DNA of 64,000 nucleotides from a virus: positions 1-64,000 of IMG/VR virus record IMGVR_UViG_3300027749_000040, one strand, 5' to 3'. The position numbers and the translations under genes were made by a program. The notes beneath the pieces are model-generated. The model saw nothing but the letters and a program-made list of their open reading frames with translations, searched no databases and was not told the DNA's origin. This document shows positions 57,541-64,000 of this stretch, piece after piece (position 1 is the stretch's first letter; every line of letters begins with the position of its first letter).

Positions 57541-58934
57541 CGAATAAAATCATTCCATTATGGGAACACGCAAAGCCCCATAAAGATAGTAAGAACAAGG
57601 TGTTCTGTATGGCACCCTGGACTCACACTTATATCAGTCCGCAATCTGAAAGACGATTGTGCTGTGCCTCACGTGAAGAACATTCGTTCCAGAAACAATA
57701 CATTGATAGTAGTAATGATTCAAAGTACGGAACTGTAACTGAAAGTAAGACAGCATTAGATGACTATCAACCGGTAAGTTTGAAAGAACATTGGAATAGT
57801 GAATACATGAAAGACATTCGTGTGAAGCTAATGCGCGGTGAAGAAATTCCTCAATGTGATGTATGTAATAAGAACCTATTGATGGAGGGCTATTCATACC
57901 GTGGTTGGTTTACTGGATCATTGTTTAAAGATAAGATACAAGAAGCATTTGATAAGACAGATGATACCGGTCACACTACAATGGAACCAATAAGTTTTGA
58001 TTATCGTTTTAGTAATCTATGTAACTTTAAGTGCCGCATGTGCGGTGAGCAATTGTCTAGTTCATGGGAAACTGAAAAGAAAGTTCATAACTTGTGGAAC
58101 GAGAAGAATCAGCCATTCATGGTTCCTGAAATCAAGTCAGCTATGAAGACTTTTCAAGAAGAAGTTGTTGAAGTTGAATTTCGTGATGCAGTAAGTCGCG
58201 GTATTGTGGAAGAAATGTATTGGGTCGGTGGTGAGCCATTAATGTATGACGTTCACTGGTGGACGCTAGAAGAAATGTTAAAGAACGGTAGTAACAAGAA
58301 TTGCTATATGCGTTATAACAGCAACTTAAGTAGGGTACAGTTTGGTAAAAAGAACTTATATGACTATCTTCCATTGTACAAAGACTGGATGATGTGCGCT
58401 AGTATTGATGGTACTGGAGAGATTGTAGAATACATTCGCACAGGTATCAAGTGGGATGTGTGGCTTGAGAACTTTAAGAAAGGTCTTGAGTTACCTAATG
58501 GTAAAGACAAGATGATTCTTGATCTAACATTAACTGCACCGGGCATGTTTAGTTTGAAAGAACTATTTGACTTGAGTATTGAATTAGATGTTAAGATTGA
58601 AACTAAAACAACGTTTGGCTTTCATGCTGACATTATGTGGACACCATTAAGTTGGCCACGTGAGGTACTAGATGAAATGATTGATGACATACTTGCTTAT
58701 ATTCAACCACGTGCTACTTGGAAGCAAGCAACGTTGATTGGTAATTTAGAAGCATTGAAGAATACACGGAAGACTCATGCAGAAGAATGGCCCGATACTT
58801 ATAAGCAAGCCGCATTGAATGGTAAAAATTGGGTTAAAAGATTAGAAAATATTCGTGAAGACACTGCCGTTACCATGCGTAGCATTTATAGTCGAAATCC
58901 TAAACTACTAGAATGGTGGGATAACATAGGATGA
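57537..58934 (+). CDS. Radical SAM enzyme 3 with N-terminal twitch/SPASM-like module
   Basis: CMAPW..LCC..CDVC; CNFKCRMC; GGEP; SIDG. Confidence 0.9.
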   Translation: MTNKIIPLWEHAKPHKDSKNKVFCMAPWTHTYISPQSERRLCCASREEHSFQKQYIDSSNDSKYGTVTESKTALDDYQPVSLKEHWNSEYMKDIRVKLMRGEEIPQCDVCNKNLLMEGYSYRGWFTGSLFKDKIQEAFDKTDDTGHTTMEPISFDYRFSNLCNFKCRMCGEQLSSSWETEKKVHNLWNEKNQPFMVPEIKSAMKTFQEEVVEVEFRDAVSRGIVEEMYWVGGEPLMYDVHWWTLEEMLKNGSNKNCYMRYNSNLSRVQFGKKNLYDYLPLYKDWMMCASIDGTGEIVEYIRTGIKWDVWLENFKKGLELPNGKDKMILDLTLTAPGMFSLKELFDLSIELDVKIETKTTFGFHADIMWTPLSWPREVLDEMIDDILAYIQPRATWKQATLIGNLEALKNTRKTHAEEWPDTYKQAALNGKNWVKRLENIREDTAVTMRSIYSRNPKLLEWWDNIG

Positions 58935-60160
58935 ATAGTTTGATAAGCCCTACATATTGCGTATTGCCATGGTCTCATCTGTATGCAGGGCCAGATGGAA
59001 ATATAGCACCATGTTGTGTGGGTAAAAAATTAGGAAAATATGAAGAAACTACATTAAAAGAAGCTTGGAATACTAGTGAAATGAAACAGTTGCGTTTAGA
59101 TATGATAGCAGGTGAGAAGAATGATATATGTAATGTATGTTATAATCATGAAAATGGTGGTTTCAAATCAATGCGACAAGCTTTCATCAATGAAATGCCA
59201 GATGTTACAAAAAATGTAGTAGAGATGACAAATGTAGATGGTTCTTTGTCGGATTTCAAATTATATCATTTAGATTTACGATTTAATAATCTTTGTAATT
59301 TTAAATGCAGAACATGTGGACCAAGCTTTAGTAGTTCTATTGCAATTGAATCTATACAAAATCCTAAATTAAATTTTAAAAACTTTCCTGCTTTTAAGGG
59401 ATTTAGCCAAAATCAAGGGCTTATGTCAGAGATTGAAAAACACTATCCTTATGTAAAAAGTATTTATTTTGCAGGTGGTGAACCAATGATGCAAGAAGAA
59501 CACTGGGACATATTACAACATTTTACCGAGAACGATACAGCAAAAAATGTGCACCTAATATATTCTACAAATACTAGTAAGACATCATACAAAAACAAAT
59601 CAGTATTTGATTATTGGAAATACTTCAAAGATGTTCATGTTCAAATGAGTATTGACGCTGAAGGCAAGCGGGCAGAATATTGGCGTGATGGTACGGATTG
59701 GGAAACAGTATATAACAATATTAAGCTCATTAGTTCTAGCGGAGTATATTGTACTGTGCATAGCGTCATCTCATGGATGAACATTTATAGTTATATAGAA
59801 TTAGTTAAAAAACTACTTGAAGAAAAAATAATACCTGCTAATAAGTTTACTATATGGTGCCTAGCTGACACTGAAAAAGAAGAATATTCACTACAAATAT
59901 TACCTGACTTTAAAAAACAAGAAATATCACTGGCATTAAATGATTTTATCTTATATTTGCAAAAGTGTGATAACTCACTTTATCCTAAAATAGATCATAT
60001 CATAAAAAATATAGAAAACATAAAAACTTTTATGTTTGCTAAATCACTGACTATTACCAATGAAATATTTAAAAGAAACAATATGTTAGATGAAATTAGA
60101 AATAAAGATTTTTTTGAATATTTTCCAGAACACGAAAATATGAGAGAGTATATTAAATGA
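58931..60160 (+). CDS. Radical SAM enzyme 4 with N-terminal twitch/SPASM-like module
   Basis: CVLPW..PCC..CNVC; CNFKCRTC; GGEP. Confidence 0.9.
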   Translation: MNSLISPTYCVLPWSHLYAGPDGNIAPCCVGKKLGKYEETTLKEAWNTSEMKQLRLDMIAGEKNDICNVCYNHENGGFKSMRQAFINEMPDVTKNVVEMTNVDGSLSDFKLYHLDLRFNNLCNFKCRTCGPSFSSSIAIESIQNPKLNFKNFPAFKGFSQNQGLMSEIEKHYPYVKSIYFAGGEPMMQEEHWDILQHFTENDTAKNVHLIYSTNTSKTSYKNKSVFDYWKYFKDVHVQMSIDAEGKRAEYWRDGTDWETVYNNIKLISSSGVYCTVHSVISWMNIYSYIELVKKLLEEKIIPANKFTIWCLADTEKEEYSLQILPDFKKQEISLALNDFILYLQKCDNSLYPKIDHIIKNIENIKTFMFAKSLTITNEIFKRNNMLDEIRNKDFFEYFPEHENMREYIK

Positions 60161-61335
60161 GTAACACACTATGCGTATTACCTTGGATGCATTTAGCAAC
60201 TCATCCAAACGGGGGTGCTAGCCTGTGTTGCCGTAGTAATCACACAGATGCAATTAGTTGGGCAAAAAAGAAAGACAGTAATAGTCTTGTCATGCTAGAT
60301 AATGATAGCGTAGAAGATATAATGAACAGTGAAAAGTTTGTTGAAGTCAGGCAAGCAATGATTGATGGCAAACGTCCAGTTGAATGTGAAGGTTGTTGGA
60401 GTGATGAAGATAAAGGCATAAAAAGTAAACGCCAATATGAGAACGAGCGTTGGGCACACATTATCCCTAAACTTGAACAAAAAGCGAAGCTCAGTGATAT
60501 CAACTTAATATATGTGGAACTACGTTTGGGTAATGTGTGCAACAATGCCTGCTTAACTTGTAATAGTTATAGCAGTACAAAGTGGTATCCTGATGAAAAG
60601 AAAATTGCTAACGATTTACCTTGGTTCAAACTACGAGCAATGGAGAACTTCAAGTGGTTTGAGAATGAAGATTTTTATTGGGATTTAGCAAATAAAAGTC
60701 AATCTGTAGAAGAAATCTATATTAATGGTGGAGAGCCTACACTTATTAAGGCTCACTTTGAATACTTAAAGCATTTGATTACATTAGGTACAGCACAGAA
60801 CGTGCATCTTGTTTATAGTTTGAATATGATGGACATCCCTGACAGGTTAATTGAGTTGTGGAAAGAATTTAAACAGGTTACAGTTAATGCTAGTATTGAT
60901 GATTTAGGAAACCGTAACTATTACATTCGTTATCCTACACAATGGGAAGAAACGATTGCAAGTATTGAAAAACTGACTAAATTATCAAATTTAAATTGGC
61001 ATGTTACTCAGACTGTTAGTATTTTAAATATCTATCATCTAGCAGAGTTTGGTAATTGGTTAGAAACAAACTATAACAAAACACCGCATCACAACTATGT
61101 ATTGTATCCGGATTATTTAAGCATTGCGGCACTGCCTGATTTCTATAAAGAAGAATTGCGTAGTCATTATGCAAGTAGACTGCATGAGTGGCAGCGCAAA
61201 GATTTGCTTAATAAGTTACATGAACCTTACCAACCAACCTTGCTAAAAAAGGCAAAAGAGTTTATAATAGCAGTTGACAAGGCACGTGGTTTAGATTATA
61301 ATAATTATATACCAGAATTAAAAGAAATATTATGA
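60157..61335 (+). CDS. Radical SAM enzyme 5 with N-terminal twitch/SPASM-like module
   Basis: CVLPW..LCC..CEGC; CNNACLTC; GGEP. Confidence 0.9.
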   Translation: MSNTLCVLPWMHLATHPNGGASLCCRSNHTDAISWAKKKDSNSLVMLDNDSVEDIMNSEKFVEVRQAMIDGKRPVECEGCWSDEDKGIKSKRQYENERWAHIIPKLEQKAKLSDINLIYVELRLGNVCNNACLTCNSYSSTKWYPDEKKIANDLPWFKLRAMENFKWFENEDFYWDLANKSQSVEEIYINGGEPTLIKAHFEYLKHLITLGTAQNVHLVYSLNMMDIPDRLIELWKEFKQVTVNASIDDLGNRNYYIRYPTQWEETIASIEKLTKLSNLNWHVTQTVSILNIYHLAEFGNWLETNYNKTPHHNYVLYPDYLSIAALPDFYKEELRSHYASRLHEWQRKDLLNKLHEPYQPTLLKKAKEFIIAVDKARGLDYNNYIPELKEIL

Positions 61336-62618
61336 TACCAATTATACCCGATAAAATTAAAGACTCATTCTGTTCAGCTAAATGGCTGATGGCTACCATG
61401 CACTTTGGCATGGGCGAGAATCACAGTTGTTACCACCCGCCAATTCATCGTTGGAACTTAGAAGATGTTCAGCGTGATCCTAGTATGCTACACAATACAC
61501 AACACAAGATTGAACAGCGTAGACAAATGATGAATGGTGAGAAGCCAAAAGAATGCTATTACTGCTTTGATATGGAAGCAATCAATCCTGATGTGATTAG
61601 CGATAGAAAGCGTTTTACTAACGAACCTTATGCGATTGAACGCAGACAGGAATTAATTGACGCACCATTTGACAAACACGTTAATCCAAGTTACTTAGAA
61701 TTAAGCTTCAGCAATGTGTGTAATTTTGGTTGTAGTTATTGCAGTCCTGGACAAAGTAGTAAGTGGGAGAATGAAGTACGTAAGTATGGTAGTTATCCCG
61801 TAGAAGATCCAACTGTGCATAAAGACAAGATGCATGACATGCTCCCTGAAGATAATAATCCATACATTGATGCATTTTGGAAGTGGTTACCTGATGCATA
61901 TAAAGATTTAAAGTATTTACGTATTACAGGTGGCGAGCCATTAGCAACACGAAACTTTATGAGACTTCTAGACTTTGTAGCAGAGAATCATAACCCTAAC
62001 TTAACATTAGTTGTTAATACTAACTTATGTGTGCCTGACAAGAACTTGAATATGTTTTTTGAGAAGGCAACAACATTATTAAATGCTAAAACAATTAAAG
62101 GTCTTGAAGTATATACCAGTATGGATACATGGGGACCTCAAGCAGAATACATACGTGACGGTTTAGATATCGCACGTTGGGAAGCAACTGTACGCAAAGT
62201 AAGCACAACATTCCATGTACCTATACGTGTAATGGTTACATTTGGATTGATGAGTATTTTTAACTTCCTTACGTTTGCTGAAAAGGTTATACAGATGCGT
62301 AATGACGGGGTTGACATCATGTTTAACTGTGCCAGACTTGTAGATCCTAAGCAATTTGACCTCAGAATACTACCAGACTACTGCGATAAATACTTCACTA
62401 AGATGAACACGTTTATAATAGATAACAATAATATTACTAATGTTGAAAGAGAAACATGGGCTATGGTCTATGATTTTTGGAAAGCAAGACACGAAACTAT
62501 GACAACTGAAGACCGCGAATGGCGCAGGCAGCAGTTTGCTAAGTTTATTAGCGAATATGATAAGCGTAGAGATAAAAACTTTGAAGAAAACTTCCCAGAA
62601 TTATCAACATGGATTTAA
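61332..62618 (+). CDS. Radical SAM enzyme 6 with N-terminal twitch/SPASM-like module
   Basis: CSAKW..SCYHP..CYYC; CNFGCSYC; GGEP; YDKRR..NF..NFPEL. Confidence 0.9.
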   Translation: MIPIIPDKIKDSFCSAKWLMATMHFGMGENHSCYHPPIHRWNLEDVQRDPSMLHNTQHKIEQRRQMMNGEKPKECYYCFDMEAINPDVISDRKRFTNEPYAIERRQELIDAPFDKHVNPSYLELSFSNVCNFGCSYCSPGQSSKWENEVRKYGSYPVEDPTVHKDKMHDMLPEDNNPYIDAFWKWLPDAYKDLKYLRITGGEPLATRNFMRLLDFVAENHNPNLTLVVNTNLCVPDKNLNMFFEKATTLLNAKTIKGLEVYTSMDTWGPQAEYIRDGLDIARWEATVRKVSTTFHVPIRVMVTFGLMSIFNFLTFAEKVIQMRNDGVDIMFNCARLVDPKQFDLRILPDYCDKYFTKMNTFIIDNNNITNVERETWAMVYDFWKARHETMTTEDREWRRQQFAKFISEYDKRRDKNFEENFPELSTWI

Positions 62619-63817
62619 CACCGTTTAAAGAATGTAGAGCACATAAAAATGCAATCTATATAGGAAATGATGATGCACCATTTAGACCTTGTTGTTGGTT
62701 TGCAGATAAAATTGATGCTACATCATATGAAGAATATCAGGATAAATTATCACATTTAGACATTGAAAAAAATTGTAGATATTGTATTGAGATGGAGTCA
62801 AATGGCGGAGAATGGAGCCATCGCATGAATTTTGCTAAGGCACTGGAAGATCCAGACTGGTATCAGGAATTGGTAGTATCAATATCATTTGATAATTTGT
62901 GCAATTTAAAATGTATTACATGCTCACCTGTAAATAGCTCCCAGTTAGCAATTGAAATTTTAAATCCTGAGATTAGAGAAAAATATACTTCAATACATAA
63001 AAAAGAACCAATTAAGACTGAGTTTTTAAAAAATATGTTATCTAATACTGAATTTAATTATAATACTGAATTTAGTTATAAAACTATTACAGAAGGTAAT
63101 GCTAATTATAGTAACCTTCGTATAGAAATACTAGGCGGAGAACCTTTAATAAATCCTGCAGTATATAATTTTTTAGATTGGTTAGTAGAGCAACCATATG
63201 CGTCAGTAACAGCAGTAAGCATTACTACCAATGGGACTATATTTAATGACAAATTTATAAAATATATAAAACATTTACACCATATCTCTTTGCAATTTAG
63301 TATTGATGGTATAGAAGACACGTTTGAATATATAAGATTTGGTTCAAAATTTTCTACTCTTGAAGAAGTTACTAATAAATTTTATGACCTGCTCGCCCTA
63401 TACCCTGAAAAATTTAAAATGGCAATGCACTACACATTGAGTTGGATGAACTCACTGCACATTAAAGAATTTTTTAATTGGGTTAATGTTAATTATCCTG
63501 AAGTACAATATATATTGGTTACAAAACTTGAGTGGCCAAATAATTATGATATTAATGTTTTGCCAATGGATTTGAGAAAACAAATAGTTGAAGAAATATC
63601 AAACAGTATTGTTGGTTATAATGACGGGGTTCAATTGGGATTTAAATATTATAAACAGCATATGCTTAATACTCCAAATAATACAAAAGTATCTTATAAT
63701 GTACAAAGAGGTATGAACGCTTTAGCTAAAAATGATAAACTTATAAATAGAAATTCAGACTTCAATAAAACTTTTAAACCAATGCTAGATTTACTAAAAA
63801 CAAATAATATTATATGA
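62609..63817 (+). CDS. Radical SAM enzyme 7 with shortened N-terminal Cys module
   Basis: C..PCC..CRYC; CNLKCITC; GGEP; SIDG. Confidence 0.88.
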   Translation: MDLTPFKECRAHKNAIYIGNDDAPFRPCCWFADKIDATSYEEYQDKLSHLDIEKNCRYCIEMESNGGEWSHRMNFAKALEDPDWYQELVVSISFDNLCNLKCITCSPVNSSQLAIEILNPEIREKYTSIHKKEPIKTEFLKNMLSNTEFNYNTEFSYKTITEGNANYSNLRIEILGGEPLINPAVYNFLDWLVEQPYASVTAVSITTNGTIFNDKFIKYIKHLHHISLQFSIDGIEDTFEYIRFGSKFSTLEEVTNKFYDLLALYPEKFKMAMHYTLSWMNSLHIKEFFNWVNVNYPEVQYILVTKLEWPNNYDINVLPMDLRKQIVEEISNSIVGYNDGVQLGFKYYKQHMLNTPNNTKVSYNVQRGMNALAKNDKLINRNSDFNKTFKPMLDLLKTNNII

Positions 63818-64000
63818 TTCCTGCAGAAAAAGCACTAACTAGCAAAACATTTTGTACGTACCCTTGGATACATCAATATGTGGGTCCTGACGGCGAAGTA
63901 AAACCATGCTGTATTTATAAACCCAATGGGTCAGGTGTTGGTAATATCAAAGATGCCCCTTTATCTAAAATATGGAATAACGATAACTCAAAGCAAATGC
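63814..64000 (+). CDS. Radical SAM enzyme 8 (N-terminal twitch module only; runs off the right window edge)
   Basis: ATGA overlap; MIPAEKALTSKTFCTYPWIHQYVGPDGEVKPCCIY...LSKIWN, the same N-terminal motif as enzymes 3-5. Confidence 0.8.
   Translation, partial: MIPAEKALTSKTFCTYPWIHQYVGPDGEVKPCCIYKPNGSGVGNIKDAPLSKIWNNDNSKQM

Noticed and set aside
54440-64000. Radical SAM genes as QueE, NrdG or MoaA (7-deazaguanine, RNR activase or cofactor pathways)
   Set aside because: Sizes, the N-terminal Cys module and the lack of partner genes (folE, queC, queD, dpdA, nrdD, moaC) in the window do not fit.
1-64000. CRISPR array, DGR, inteins, homing endonucleases, tRNAs, stop-codon recoding
   Set aside because: No spaced direct repeats, reverse transcriptase, intein motifs or cloverleafs were noticed by eye. 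Genes are full length in the standard code, ending in TAA or TGA.

Overview
This window is 64 kb of a large, AT-rich, T4-superfamily-like myovirus genome; the host cannot be determined from the sequence. Left to right: a truncated LamG-domain gene; a minus-strand head module (portal, core proteins, prohead protease, scaffold, major capsid); a tape-measure-like protein with a C-terminal M15 peptidase; and gp26 with a gp51-like extension. Next come a ~500 bp highly structured non-coding block and a minus-strand gp55-GT32-gp47-gp46-resolvase operon. A plus-strand baseplate/tail module follows, including a 6219-aa giant virion protein and fibres. From 50.6 kb to beyond the window end runs a tightly coupled operon of three GT-A glycosyltransferase-like genes, a sulfotransferase-like gene and at least eight tandem radical SAM enzymes with N-terminal twitch/SPASM-like modules. 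A T4-like late promoter box (core TAA[A/G]TA) precedes most structural transcription units and also this enzyme operon. Best candidates for undescribed biology: (1) the late glycosyltransferase/sulfotransferase/multi-radical-SAM operon as a virion glycan or protein tailoring pathway; (2) a -1 programmed frameshift fusing gp26 to a gp51-like domain, resembling lambda G/GT; (3) a ~370-nt structured RNA candidate next to GAA-triloop DNA hairpins; (4) a ~50-nt late small RNA with a GGA-loop hairpin after the capsid gene. All product calls come from motif recognition and synteny; no database searches were run.
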